Made by a program: the position numbers and the translations under genes
Notes under the pieces: model-generated
What the model was told of the DNA's origin: nothing
Database searches by the model: none
The model's input: the letters and a program-made list of their open reading frames with translations, nothing else
Part shown: positions 50,021 through 64,000 of the stretch, one piece after another
How positions within the stretch are numbered: the stretch's first letter is position 1
How the letters are laid out: each line of letters opens with the position of its first letter
Source: Dicyema japonicum
Taxonomy: Eukaryota; Animalia; Dicyemida
Direction of reading: 5' to 3'
Length of the DNA stretch: 64,000 nt
Assembly: GCA_011109175.1 (NCBI GenBank)
Contig: RDEW01000014.1
Location: 868,001 to 932,000 of the forward strand

Positions 50021-50327
50021 AATATTTATTCATTTAATTTATTAACAACGTGAACCATCAGCAAAGGGATAAGAGGTATCGCCGAATTAAGTGATCCCGG
50101 TGTTATACCTAGCTTTTGCCTACGGTTTGTCTTGAAATCCTGGATTAATTTCTATAAGGGGGAGGTGTCTTCTTATATTTTGGGGAAAATTCCAGATATG
50201 ATCTGAAGCCCAATTTATTTGTTTAACCATAAAATAAGAAAATAAAGCAGCAGTCAGGATAGGTTAATTAAAATTAATTATATTAAATTTATTATTACTT
50301 TAAAAAAATTAAAACCGTGTTGCGTAT

Positions 50328-51656
<1,329 letters not shown>

Positions 51657-52009
51657 TTAGTGATCTGGTTAATTCAATACTCATACTCATTATTGATTAC
51701 TTAGTGACCTATCTTTTCTTTCGTTCCCATACTTGTGGTCCACTTTGACCTTGCGATTCATTCTCTATCTAGGGATCGACCTCTCTTAATATCAATCATT
51801 AGTATTCCTGCTCTGTTAGACCTCGGCCTGCAATTGGACACTGTGCGTGACGCGGTTTTGCAGCAGTGGACAGCAAACGGGTTTGGTGTTGTGAAGAACT
51901 TTACCTTAATAAATTAAATTAATTAAGAACTTTACCTCTCAAAAAGACTGGGATGAAATTCTTAAAAAAAACTAAATAAACTTGGAAGGTCCTCTGATAC
52001 TCATAGTCA

Positions 52010-52660
52010 CACATGTCTAAATACACCGTCTGCTGACAATTCCGGGTCCTGGCTCAATGCACTCCCGGTATGGGCAGTTGGTACTTGATGGGAAATATAA
52101 TTTGCTTTGAAGTTGCTCTTCGACTAGGCCTTGATGTCTGCTTGGAACACCGATGTCGATGTGTGGAATGGTTGATAGGAAATGATCAAACCCGCTGTCA
52201 TGCAGACGGAGCTCAGGGAGATTCCCTCGTCACACCATGTTAAACAGACTGTCATGAGAACTATCGAAGACGCCGGGTTTAATTGCCTTCTGGAACCCGT
52301 CGGTCTCGACAGAGGTGATGGCAAGAGGCCGGATAGCGTAACATCCATGCATGAAATCGAGGGAGGTGTCTTGTTTGGGATTCAACGTCCACGGACATTC
52401 TCTAATGGGAATTTCATTTAGTCATCGCTGCACGCGGGTTCCTCAGCGAGCACTGCTGAATATATGAAAAAGAGGAAGTAGCATGGCATCATGGACAGGT
52501 TTGTTTTTTAGCCGATCTCCGTTGAGACGTCTGCGTTATTGGCCAGAGCACGGCTGATTTTTCAGGTTAATCGGATGCTTGCGGGAAGCGGAAGGGTGAA
52601 CATAGAATGACGCGATGTTTTTTTCAGAACATTGGGCTCGTGATTGGAGAGGTTATGTTA
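52010..52660 (+). mobile_element. CRE 3' half, degenerate
   Basis: SGSWLNALP, EPVGLDRGDGKRPD, FLPISVET, NIGLVIG. Confidence 0.8.
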
Positions 52661-53644
52661 ATAAATTGTTTCCCTTAAAAAATTAGTGAAAAAACAATTA
52701 TCGCGCGGAAGGTATATCGGGTAAGAAATAGAATTTTTACTTAAAGAATCTAAATGATTTTTTTGAAAAAAATAGTTTACTAATTCGTGTTACGCTTTTC
52801 TCTAAATACTAGAGAATCCTATCTCAACTCGCTCAAGAGATCTCCGTGAGCAACGCTATTCGAGTGTGTTTCACTTGCAGTCCTGAGAGGGAATAGCCAT
52901 CACAAAAAATTGTGAAAATTAAAATAAGTTTTTTGACAAGAACTATGCTTAACTGTTTGGCTCAACTATGCCTTGTTTGGACAAACAGATGTGGTTAATC
53001 AGCCTGATAGCTTAAAATTCATAATTCAGTCAAATATAATATAATTCACTTCACTCTCTTACTATCCTTTACTATCAGCAACGACCTACTATAATCCACG
53101 TGGGGTCTCAGGGCAGACGATCATGTGCAAGTTTTGAGCTAAAGGATCTGGAGCAATTATGCATTTTCGTGCATTCGGCGTCTTGGAATCAATCATTTAT
53201 TCCACGTACATCAACAGGGACTAGGAGCTACATCCACCATGGGGTGATTAAGATAAAGTGCAGAGAACCGATAAATCGATATGGCAATCCCAGGAGACAT
53301 AGAAAATTCTAGAACAATTTAATACATTTAATATGTCTGCTTCCCTCAATGTTATTTTGCCATTATTTTAGACTTGGAATTTTATAAAATCGTATTTATT
53401 AGAAATAATAATAATCGCTCTTTCTGAGGAGCCATATCAGTTATTGCTTCCCTCAGGCAGAACACACACTTTATTTTAAGGAAAGAACAGTTATAATAGC
53501 TAATCGAGGGAGGATCAAGGAATGCTCTTCACTTTTTTGTTTTCTTCTTCCTTTATAGACGATCCGGTTTTGCAGTGAAGTTCACTGATGACGGCGTCAC
53601 TCGTCAAGCCAAAGCATACTGATGCGTGGAACTTTCAACCGAAT

Positions 53645-53715
53645 GTGCAGTATAGGGATTCGAACTATCGACCTTCAGACCTCTTGCCCGGTAACCGTTA
53701 CACTGGTACTATTAT
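53645..53715 (-). other. tRNA-like sequence (degenerate tRNA or SINE head)
   Basis: TAGTACCAGTG (A-box-like) and AAGGTCGATAGTTCGAATCCC (B-box/T arm); stems imperfect. Confidence 0.35.
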
Positions 53716-55119
53716 TAGAAATAGTAGACAAATTAACAATTTCTAAGAATTCTGAGAATGTTAGCTATGTGCTCGTCCTTTGGCCACTACAAGCGAACTA
53801 TTTGGTAGTTGTGAGGTTGAGTTTTAGAAACTCAGTCAAAAGCAAGATTGTTATGGCCAAATCCGAATGTTTTCGATTATTCTACTAGAAAGTGATTCAC
53901 TCGAATATTTTGGAAATCTCCAAATGGCATAAAAAAATCCATTCGAGATTACACAGAAGTCGATGAGGCGGCTGCTTAAGGAGGCCGGGATCACCTGACG
54001 GCTCCCACTCTCTTTTATTTTGTCGGTGATTTTTGGTTTTAAATAAATAGAAGTCTATCAAAAACCAGGAAGGAAATCTCAAGGTGGGAATACTCACGGA
54101 ATGATCCAATGTAATGGGAATGGTCACTTTGTCGAACGACACCTATCCACCGAACCACAACTTTTTGTTTGATGTCTTAAGTCTAAAACACTGAAAAACA
54201 ATTTAATAGTAAACCAAGTCAGTTCCGTTTCTATGGTTTCCACAACATCCAGATACGTCACATAAGCGTCTGTATACATGTTTAGGAAGTAACATTTGAT
54301 AGAACCGTCACAAGGATCAATCCAGTTGAGTGAGGAAGATCATATGATTGTGTCATCTTGCCATTAGGTTTTTCCTAAGACAGGTGGACCGCTTTAACAT
54401 GATTAACAGCGGAAAGAAACTTTTGACCTACTAGCTAACAGCATGATGTCTTTTTCAAGTTCACAGTACATAAAAATCGATTTTTTGTGTTCAACAGATA
54501 AGATTATTTCTAATTTATTTTGTTCCTTCTAGATCACTTGGCTTCCATTTGAAGAGCACGTAGCTTATTATAGTTGGGGGATGTCTTTGTGAACCTTGAT
54601 CGTGTTTCGTTTTCAAGAAGATCGGGTTGTGGTTGAGTCGTATTTGATAGACCATTTGATTAGCGGAGCCATATATGGGATTTAAGTGAGAGGTCGGGAG
54701 ATGATTGTCCACAATGTTAATAATAATAACACCTGAGACCACGGTTACACAAACTAACTAATCACGTAATCCCAGCAAGCTCTAGCAGGGACCTCATCTT
54801 GGCCCGATGCTCCTCTCTCCACCCCACACAAGCACGTATCGATCAAGTGACTGGACCTTCAGTCACGACGGCGCGTTCCATGGTTCATTCTTATCAAGGC
54901 TTAAAGAGGCATTGGTGGCTGGAACCCTCCAGAAATCCAGCGTTCCGTGATTTTGGAAACTCCTTTTCGGCTAGCCTCGATCTTCAAGACATTTGTCCAA
55001 GAACCACAGTGTTAACCTTTAGATTTTATGAACTGATCCAGATTATGACTCATAAATATTTAAGATTTATTAGATTTATTATAATCTTTAATATTATTTA
55101 ATTGCTGAGTGTTTGTGTT

Positions 55120-55441
55120 ATGGTTTGGCGGTTATAAATTTAAAAGGCAAGTCTACCAACAATGCCAAATAAAAGAGGCAGTTCAGAACCTCCTTATGAT
55201 GAATTGAAGAATATGATGGAATTAATCATCAATGATGTTTTCATCTGACATTGATATTTAGATGAAAAGATTATACATCCATGCAGAACAAGTAGAGATA
55301 GAGAGGGATTACTATTACAACTTCATTCAACGACTTGAGTCACTATTGAGCACATTCTCCCTAGAAGACACCATCACTGTCTCCCAATTAGTGGATCTAT
55401 TATACAATCGAGTTGATCATACAATGTCTGATAACTTATAA
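55120..55441 (+). CDS. Mini protein consisting of an EB1 C-terminal (EBH)-like domain
   Basis: ATG then a possible 24-nt intron (55123-55146; alternative start 55162) and a 25-nt intron (about 55237-55261); QVEIERDYYYNFIQRLESLL..LVDLLY resembles EB1 LEKERDFYFGKLRNIELIC..ILY. Confidence 0.65.
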
Positions 55442-55459
55442 CTGCTTGCTTTTTAATTT

Positions 55460-56130
55460 AATGCAAAAAAGGAACTTTATTTAACCAAAAAGTAACAGTT
55501 AACAACTGCTGGCTGCTCTCATAATTGAGAACGCATTTCCTCTGACGATTTGCAAGGAAATGCGCTAAATGAGTCAACTCCCTTCTCTCCAATTCTTTTT
55601 CGCGATGAGCGAACCGATTCTGTTTAGCAGGATCAGTGACTTGCTTCCTATAATTACTGACGTTTCCACTAACTGGTTCGAAAATGAATTGCCCACTGAG
55701 ACATACGTATTTCTTCATCTTTATGGTCTCAGCCTTTTCTAAAGCAAAGTCTGGGTTAGCTGCTGTTTTTAGAAGGTTGGAGGGAGAGAGGCTATCGACA
55801 CAGGTGGCGTCTCGGGCAATTATTTACCACTTTACCATGGGAAGAGAGTGGTTCCGTTGGCTTGAGCAAGTCCAAGCGGCTCCAATTGGACAGGAAATCC
55901 TGCAGCCTCAAGTCTCCAAGGAATAACTCCGTTGAGAGGACTCCTTCTAGCACTCCTCCTGCAGGAAAGTGCAAACATCCATTCAGAGGCGGACGGAAAC
56001 CCCAATCCTCGTCGCGTCGTCATCCAAAAGTGTTTCAAGTGAGGTGCATGGTAATGCTTTGAGCCAGGCTCCACTATCGTTCATCGATGCAGAAGCCAGA
56101 CGATGCTGATCAATAATTGAAATTTAATGC
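55460..56130 (-). mobile_element. CRE 3' half
   Basis: SGAWLKALP, LEAAGFPVQLEPLGL, KYVCLSGQFIFEPVS. Confidence 0.8.
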
Positions 56131-56329
56131 AATAATTCAAGTTTTAGTGCATTGCATGCCTTCTAGATGAGCGATTAGCTTACCAAATGCCCTGTCAACT
56201 TGCTCTATAGAGGACGTTCGCCTCACGGAGACCTTTCGTGTTGAATTTAAGGTAATTGGGGTTAGAACAAATTCCTGGTTGAACTAAACACGATACTTAC
56301 CTGATATGATTGGGATCTACAGTTAGGCG

Positions 56330-57480
56330 TGCTGATATAACCAAGATGCTACAACTTTTAACAATTTGGCCACTTTGCAAAACATTGCAATGGGACAACA
56401 GAGTTTCTTCGCTGTTGGGGACCGCATAGTCTTGTGGAATAATCGGAAGATATAAGATCATGTATCAACTGCGGTCATGGAGCGGGCTATGCGGCTGGCC
56501 GATGGCTACGGAAGCAGCAACTCCTGTGGGAGACCTATGATTGTCATGTGAAACATGAGAGGCAGAGGGGTGGAAATTCCTCTGCTCCAAGCAATATAAT
56601 TGAAAAACTATAAGTAGACAGGCAGATGATAGACTAAAAGATGCTGTAGAACAGAATAAAGGACACGAAACGGGAACATATCCAGATTATGCTGGGAACT
56701 AATAATTTTTAGGTTGATTTCTGAAGAAGTCAACCGATTCTCACTTTATGGAGGAGATAAACTGGGAATGGTTCTTATCTCCACTTTCTGAAAACCCCAA
56801 CGATATTACAAGAGAATGGAAAGCGGATCACGTTTTTCGGATGGTGACGATCAGCCTCGGAGCGAAAAGAGCCACCGGAGTATTCATAGGCTACGACGTC
56901 GGTTCGGTGGACTAGAACCACTACGGGATGTTCGTCGCCACTAAACTGGCTGGATTTCAGAATCTCTCTTAAAGACGATGGAATCTACCGGAGGAACTGT
57001 GTGTCGACTCGCTAGATAGAAAACTCCTGTCAAGGTGAATCCTCAGCATCTATAAAGACAAGCTCCTCAAAGAAAATGTAGACAAGAAATGGAGACCTGT
57101 AGCTGGAATTATAGATCTAAAAAGGGCAAATTCTGTGGGATATACCGAAAACTGATGTGATCAAAAACAGAAGATGACCTGATTATACTTTATGGCAGGG
57201 AGTAAACCAAAGGGGACTACAACGAACGCAAGGAGTCGATGCACAAAACGAAGATACGGCGAATGTCTGGAAAGTACCCACACACACGGAGATCGCAATT
57301 CACGATGTTTACTTGACGGTAAAGGAATGGCGTAATAACGGTCCTGGCCTTGACTACATAAAGATGGAGCTATTTAAAAGGTCCAATGACTCTTTTGAAG
57401 GCTCTTTGAGTAATATTTGACACGTGTATTAAACTTGGATCATACCTTTCCTGGTGGAAGCGGACAAACACTACTTCTAG
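56330..57480 (+). mobile_element. Degenerate RLE-type non-LTR remnant
   Basis: GPGLDYIKMELFK RT-start motif; frames broken. Confidence 0.4.
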
Positions 57481-58413
57481 AATCTCCCTTTCGGGTTCCT
57501 CCAAACGGCTAATCTTTTCAGCAAAAACAGTCTTCTAGAGCCAATAACTTTAGAGATTCACTTGTCCACGAGGAGAAATTTCTCAATATTTGATCCTCCA
57601 TTTGACAACTTTTATTACCTCAGGATCACTGAGTCAAAGAAAAAGAATATAAGTTCTTAACTAACTAAGTGATCCCAGACCGACAAGAGAGAGGAGGAGT
57701 CTTGCGGATAGTTTCAAGGACGAGGAGCGTTAAATCTGCATTGCCTACGAAAGACCTGCATACGTCATCGTGGATCGGATAAATTGTGGCAAGGCTCCAA
57801 GTTTGGTCCTTAAATGTTTCTGACAGTACTTTTATGATTCTTACATTATAGATATTTGTTTGTCAATAGAAGTCCACTATATTTTTTTGAAAATGGGAAT
57901 TTTGTAGAGTTGATATCTGTTTGTGAGTGTAAATGTCCCTGGGAGTAATTTCTCAGATTTCTCCTTAATAGGTTTGTCAACGACATCGAGTTGTGACAAA
58001 TATTATAGTCTTAGATTTCAAAGGAAAACAATAAGTACTTTTATCATCAAAAACGGAAATTAACCCATCTCCCACTTACCGAAATTTTCCTCAATTCTTC
58101 GACTACTTTTCTCTGAAAGAGGGCTCCGTGGCTTGTTTAAACATATTTTCAAACACAGGTTATTGACTTCCAACTGTTCTCAGTGTTCTCCATATAAAAA
58201 TTATAACACTTCGAGATTGCAAAAAATCGATGTCAAGCATATCTCGTTATTTGGTGGTTGAATCTCAATCAAGATTGTGGAGAGAAGTAAAGCCGAAATT
58301 GGAAGACCTCAAATGAAAGAAGGCTAGTCGGAAATTAAATGTAACTTAACCCTAATGAATATTTTGGACATAAAGATTAACAAAGGAACAAATTATAACA
58401 GAAAAACCAGTCA

Positions 58414-58973
58414 TCACTGACGTTGCCTAGAAATTGCCATATTTAGAGCCCCTTTGTCGCATTTTAGGACTTTAAAACGATTATTAAGGGGAAGTTCAGT
58501 TTTTTTACTACAAATTGGACAGATTATTGTCCACCCAGTTATGCTAAGTTGCTTGATCACACATCTATAACAAATTGTGTGGTTGCAGGCTGGCAAAATC
58601 ATTGGTAGTTTCATGCTGTCGTCATAGAATCGCTCACAAGAAAAGCACGTCCCGTCATGGATCTGCTCGATAGTTTGATGGTTGTCATCAATATCGACAT
58701 CTTCGTTGACTTTGTCACTTTTATATCCGAACAACGGTCAAAATTTGATAAGCTAAAGCCATCGAATGGATCCCAATCATCGTCCACGTCTGAAGGTTCC
58801 CACCTAGGTCTTCACTATATTAGTTACTCTGGAATCTCAGCAGACATCATGTCAGATTCTTCATTGCTATGTATTTACGTATGATTTAACCTCTGAAAAT
58901 CGAAGAAGTCCTCATCAGAAGAGTCAATAGTCCTCTCAATTGACTTGTTATAACCTGAAGAGCTTATTGACAT
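58414..58973 (-). CDS. RING-HC finger protein with an acidic N-terminus
   Basis: CFSC..PMILPACNHTICYRC..ICPIC; two 24-nt introns; one frame break near 58735. Confidence 0.8.
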
Positions 58974-59319
58974 GTTAGGGGTAGCAGCGGTGACGCTTTT
59001 TATATTACTCGACTACACTTTCATTTTTTGAATAGATATTTTTAATCAATAAACCTCAAGTGAATAATTCTAATGATTTCCGTTCAATTTGACTATTTTT
59101 ATTATGATATGCCACATGGGTCGACTGTAATGTGGCCACGTGGGTTGTTATTTGTTTTTTAGAATGTCCCCGAATAACTATTTAATTTAAAAATCATAAT
59201 TTATGTAACAAATTCAAACAGTTATGGGAGATTTATGCATTAAAGCAATTTGGGGGAAACAAAAATCTAATTGTCTTTTATTTAATTTTCAATAATCTCG
59301 TCAATTCCCAATGTGCAAG

Positions 59320-60090
59320 CTAAAAACCTATATAGTCGCTAATCGGGTGATCTCAGTTTGCATTGTGACTTCAACTATCACCTTACATATAACCCTACTG
59401 TTCTCATAAATTTGAGTTTTTTCGACTCTACCAATTTCCTTACTTGACTTCCAGTCAAGATTATTGAAGAAAATAAATGCTCCAATAAAATTCAATGGAA
59501 ACAAGTTTAACAAATTTACTTACTATATCATTCCTTTGGGGATCCTCACTATTGTGGGTATGAAACGAGGTTCTGATCCTTCGAAAGCAAGACTGTTCTA
59601 TTTTGGTATGAGAAATCCCAGTTCAAGTGTGTTGCCATAGTAGGTTGACAAACTGTCCAAATCAGTCTCGAATGTGTAATAACGAAGTACAAATGACAGA
59701 AGGTGATGATTCCCACATTTATGAATATTGAAAAATATCTCCAACATCTATATTATCTAACCTCCAAGAACTTACAATCTTCAGTTCGAACGGGATTCAA
59801 ATTCGGAAATAAGTATATCCGACGTGGGGATATTCCCGAATCCGTCATTTAATATAAGAGGTAATCCAGATACTTCATGAGAGAGAACAACGTCACTACA
59901 GCAACCTTCCGATCATAAGGATAACTATAAATTATCGTAGTAAAAGCTCTCAATGTTCATTTGACGTCCAGTTTTGGTAATTAAATCCATTTGTATGCTC
60001 GATAACTGTCTATGAGCGAAGCTAACTACGCAGTGTAGGCCCTTAGGAGTTAGAACGCTGTGAGTGAAATGAGCTTCACTGCTAGTTTAT
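59320..60090 (-). other. Probable multi-exon gene of unknown function
   Basis: Protein-like open segments (HSVLTPKGLHCVVSF; YYTFETDLDSLSTYYG) separated by short AT-rich blocks. Confidence 0.3.
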
Positions 60091-60119
60091 AAGTAAGACA
60101 GAGTTATAAGTAGGGCGAT

Positions 60120-60240
60120 TTTTTTAACCTAAATAAAAAATTTAACCTAAAAAAATTAACTTTATTAACCTAAAAACTAAAAAATTAACCCAAAAATTTA
60201 ACTTTATAACTAACAATAAAACACTAAACTTTTTGTTACA
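60120..60240. repeat. Degenerate TTAACCTAAAA low-complexity array
   Basis: About six imperfect ttaacc(t/c)aaa or ttaact units, TTAGG-containing on the minus strand. Confidence 0.7.
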
Positions 60241-60249
60241 CATGCAAAT

Positions 60250-60900
60250 TACATAATTTTCTAAATTTCCTGGTAGAAAATGTCTGTTGGATCTAAGAAA
60301 ATTCTTTATCTCAGAAAAACATCGTTCAACCGAGCACTAAGTTGGCTAACAATTCAGGAGTAATGAATAATTGGCAAGAGATATGTGTGAATTAGTCATT
60401 TTAGTTATGTTTGAAATATCATTTTTGAAGCTTTTTATTTATGTATTCTTTAATAAATTTGTTGTCATTTCCAAATTCCAACGATTCTAAACCATCACAT
60501 GCTTGTTCAATTCTGAAGCGTGTACTTTGATAATATCTGCAATAGCGACATTATTCGGAAACCTGAAATGTTCGAATAGATTCAGATAAGGTCACATAGA
60601 CTGCTAACTAACGGTGAGGGAACTCGTACAGAGAAACGTAAAACAATTATCTAAGCCACGGCATAGATAGTTTGTTTAGTGGAATATCAGACTTTATAAA
60701 TGCTCTGGTTACTTGTAGAGTCAAATCATCATTTTTTGAATATTGGTCAATTTGTGTTTGGTGCGATTCGGTCAGATTATCTAAAAAAATAATTGTTATA
60801 TCGCAAAACTCAATGAATTTACAAAATGCCTTTTTTTGCCTTTTCTCGCATTTTAGTTGGCCCAAGTTATAAGTAAGGCAAGTTGTTTCTAGCACTTAAA
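60250..60900 (-). mobile_element. Degenerate hAT-related DDE transposase
   Basis: RAFIKSDIPLNKL and HISC motifs; stops and frameshifts. Confidence 0.55.
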
Positions 60901-61470
60901 AAATTATTATCTCTATAAAATTACTAAATCTAGTGCTTATTATAAAAAAAGGATTTAAAAATTTTAATGGCTCTTCTACATATGAAGAGGATCATCATTA
61001 CATCCGCGATTAATTGAGTAATCGCAGCATTCTAATGTTTGAAGAAGGTCCATTATTTTAGGATAATTTAATATTTGCTTCTAACCAGCTTCCCCATATA
61101 CATGAATTAATACCTAATAATAATTACATCTGGTGGATATACAATATCCTCAAAACAACAAATGATCAACCAGACGATATCTACTACCAAAGACGCGGAT
61201 CAGTTTTGTAGACTTCACTTAATGTTTTTGGGACGATTTCTTTAACCAAATCAAGATACGCCAATACCCGCGTCTGCATGCCTTCAAGATAGAGATAGTG
61301 CGATTTTTTTCAAAACTTTGAGAAATGCTGATGAGACAAATCAAAACATTCTTGATGAATCGCAGAAATAAATAGATTATTTTTTCATTAATAATTAAAA
61401 AATATTTCAATTAAAATTAATTAATAATTTAAATATCTACACGTTTTATAATACGTTTTTGTGTGTCATA

Positions 61471-62111
61471 ATGCGTCACGTTTTAAGCACTGAAGTAATC
61501 AAAGTTCCAAGAAACGGTTTGACTAATACATTATTTCAGTGAATGTTTCTGTAAAGGCTCGTGTAGTTACCGTGACTGGAAAACTTGGTACACTGACACG
61601 AAGCTTCCATCACGCTGCAATTTCGATAAGAATGGTCGGAAAGTTCAGGATCTCCCTAGAGAAAGTGAATTCTACCACACGTGACGTCGCTCTTCTGACC
61701 ACAATCTCCTCTCATATCCAAAACATGATCAAAGGGGTAAGCAATGGGTTCCGCTACGTGATCCGAGCCATTAGCAGAATGTTCCCGATCACACTCAACA
61801 TCGACGAGAAAGGAAGTAGTTTGACGGTACTATCAACCATAATTTGAAAGATTGAGAAACTCTTTGGTGGTCTTATGAAGACGCCTTACAAATTACCCGA
61901 GGGGGTCACCATTCGGTCGTCGGTATTCTGAAGGACGAGTACTATGTTGAGGGAATCAACATTGAGCTGGTGTCCCGTGGTGGTTAGGATTTATAGTGCT
62001 ATTTTAGCTGCTGGATTGCATGAGATTTGCAAAGTTAAGAAAAAAGATACTCGGCTCTTCTTGGATGGAATTTACATTACCAATAAGACGACGATTGTCC
62101 CCGTCAATTAA
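61471..62111 (+). CDS. RPL9: 60S ribosomal protein L9 (uL6)
   Basis: SHIQNMIKGV..GFRY, KDEYYVEGINIELVS, KKKDTRLFLDGIYI; introns of 23, 24 and 25 nt; one missing base near 61925. Confidence 0.93.
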
Positions 62112-62479
62112 TTTGGTTGTTTTTGATTCGCTTTCAATTATATTTCGTTTTGGTGGTTATCTGTGGTAGCTTAATTGTGTGAGTAATAAGGAATACATTA
62201 ATGTCAGCCTCATTCAACATTACTAAAGAGTCATTTTGATGTTATTTCTTTTTCGATGATCCCTGGGTTTTATATATGAATTTACCAGAGCAACGATGTA
62301 AAAGCTCGTTCGTGTTGCCCTGACTAGGTTGGGTTTCGCTTGAGCTACACGCTATAGTATCCTTTTTAATAGACGTCCCCGAGGGCTCTCTACATTGAAT
62401 GCGACCGTCTCATAGGTTGTCTGTACATTCCAATTTTTTTATAATTAACTTTTGTGTTTCTGTTGAAGATATCTTAAAT

Positions 62480-63000
62480 TATTCTTTTCTGCAAATTACT
62501 TTTAAATCAGAAATATTCGTTGGATTTCGTATTCAATATTTGTCTTCAATTTTTCTGTATATTTTCTATAAGATTAAGGTCCGGGATTAACTTGGCCATT
62601 TAAGGGTATATATTGTGATCTTCAATCCATTTTCTGTTCATTTTGAAGTATGTTTTAGTCAGCTTGTTGAAATAACAATTTATGTGTTTAAATTCAGTTC
62701 TAACGGATTTGAGCAAACGTTCTTCTAATATGTGACAATATTGGAAAAATTCATTATCCTATCAATAAAATATAGTTCTATTCCTGAAGAACAGAAATAC
62801 CCCCAAATCATGATACTTCCTCCCTCACACAGTTTGTATATTATAGTTTCTGTAATTGGTTTTCTCCAAAATGAAGACATAATTTTCCCGAACAATTCTA
62901 TTTTTGTTTCATCTGACCAAAGAATTAGCTTAATAAAATCATTTTCTTTCTTAATTAAAAAAATCGCAAATTTTAATTTATCTTTTTTATGATTCGTGTA
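62480..63000 (-). mobile_element. Tc1 transposase remnant
   Basis: ILWSDETKIELFG and a degenerate WPS.SPDLN motif. Confidence 0.8.
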
Positions 63001-63129
63001 AGAAGAGAATTTTTTGAGGTCTTTATTATTTTAGTCCTTCTTTTGCTGTTGCTGTTTGCAGAGATTCAATTGTGCCTAAAATTTTAAAAATCTTAGTATA
63101 ATACATTTCTTGTTTTCCGACGCTGCTTG

Positions 63130-64000
63130 GTAACTTTTTGAACGAGTAAAAATCGAGGACGTCTTGTAAGGCGAAAAACTCAGAAAAGAGTATGGCGAAA
63201 AACTCAGAAAGGAATTAAGCAAGATGAATACAAACAATAGTGCACAGGATTTGTGGAATGACGTTGGAGTTGCAATGAAGAATACCGCGTCGTTGGTTTT
63301 GGGGACTAATCACAAAACAAATTCAAATATAACAACGAAGAAATATCATACTTATCTTCAGAACAAAAAATTTGAGGATTAGAATTAATAATTCAAATAC
63401 CGAGTCTAAAAAAAGCTAAGGATAGTTCGTAACTCAATTTTAACAAAAATCAAAAAACTTCAAAAATATCAAGTAAAAAAGGAGTGGAAACAGTCGATGA
63501 AATCAAGAAATATAAGAACGGATCCAAAATGTTCAAAGCCATTCGGATTATTAGCAAAAAGAAACGACCAGGGAATATTGTTATTCACGACCAACATGGA
63601 CGATCAGTATTGAATGTTATTGAAAAGGCGAACATAGTCTCTTCACACTACTATGACATCTTTAACAATCAAGAAATTGAAAACAAATCTCCAATAACAT
63701 CAACGGCTCCTCTTAACTGCCCATTATTTTCGCGGAAACTATCAAGGCTATAGGAAAACTAAACTACAGGAAAGCGGCTGGTCCTAATAATATACCTGCA
63801 GAGTTAATAAAATGTGGACCCACTGAATTGGGTGAAATAATCACCATCATACTCAATAAAGCATTTGAAGACAAAAACGATCTTGGAATTGGGAGAGGAT
63901 GGCTAATTCCAATACCAAAACCTGGAAAACCTAGAGGTCCATCAAACAGTCTAAGACCAATAATTCTATTATCGGTCTTACGGAAAACCCTCTCTATCAT
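63130..64000 (+). mobile_element. RTE-clade LINE, linker to RT start (runs off the window)
   Basis: KAAGPNNIPAELIK, IPIPKPGKPRG.SNSLRPIILLSVLRK. Confidence 0.85.

Overview
Eukaryotic, AT-rich animal genomic DNA, not prokaryotic. About a dozen recognisable but highly divergent housekeeping genes are present: PKA regulatory subunit, a Polyhomeotic-type SAM protein, an MS4A-like protein, PPM1E/F phosphatase, ACTR10, a TMEM62-like gene, mucolipin plus a truncated tandem copy, FARSB, a furin-type convertase, PSMC5, an EB1-C-only mini gene, a RING protein and RPL9. Nearly all their introns are only about 18-26 nt. The genes lie among dense debris of non-LTR retrotransposons (APE-type LINEs, RTE, CRE and R4/NeSL-like RLE elements) and DNA transposons (pogo, Tc1/IS630, hAT-like). 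Metazoan gene content plus ~23-nt introns fits a dicyemid mesozoan or a similarly reduced parasite (inference only). Several essential genes carry single-base indels, mostly in homopolymers, which most likely reflect an unpolished assembly, so pseudogene calls here are unreliable. Best leads: an operon-like SAM/MS4A/PP2C cluster, an EB1 C-terminal-domain-only gene, a type-II PKA-R with a type-I pseudosubstrate, a mucolipin with an altered selectivity filter, a LINE group sharing a GIT-stop 3' end, a 280-nt foldback built from two such ends, and a Tc1-like element with tandem-repeat TIRs. All protein assignments come from motif recognition by eye, not database searches; TE boundaries are approximate.
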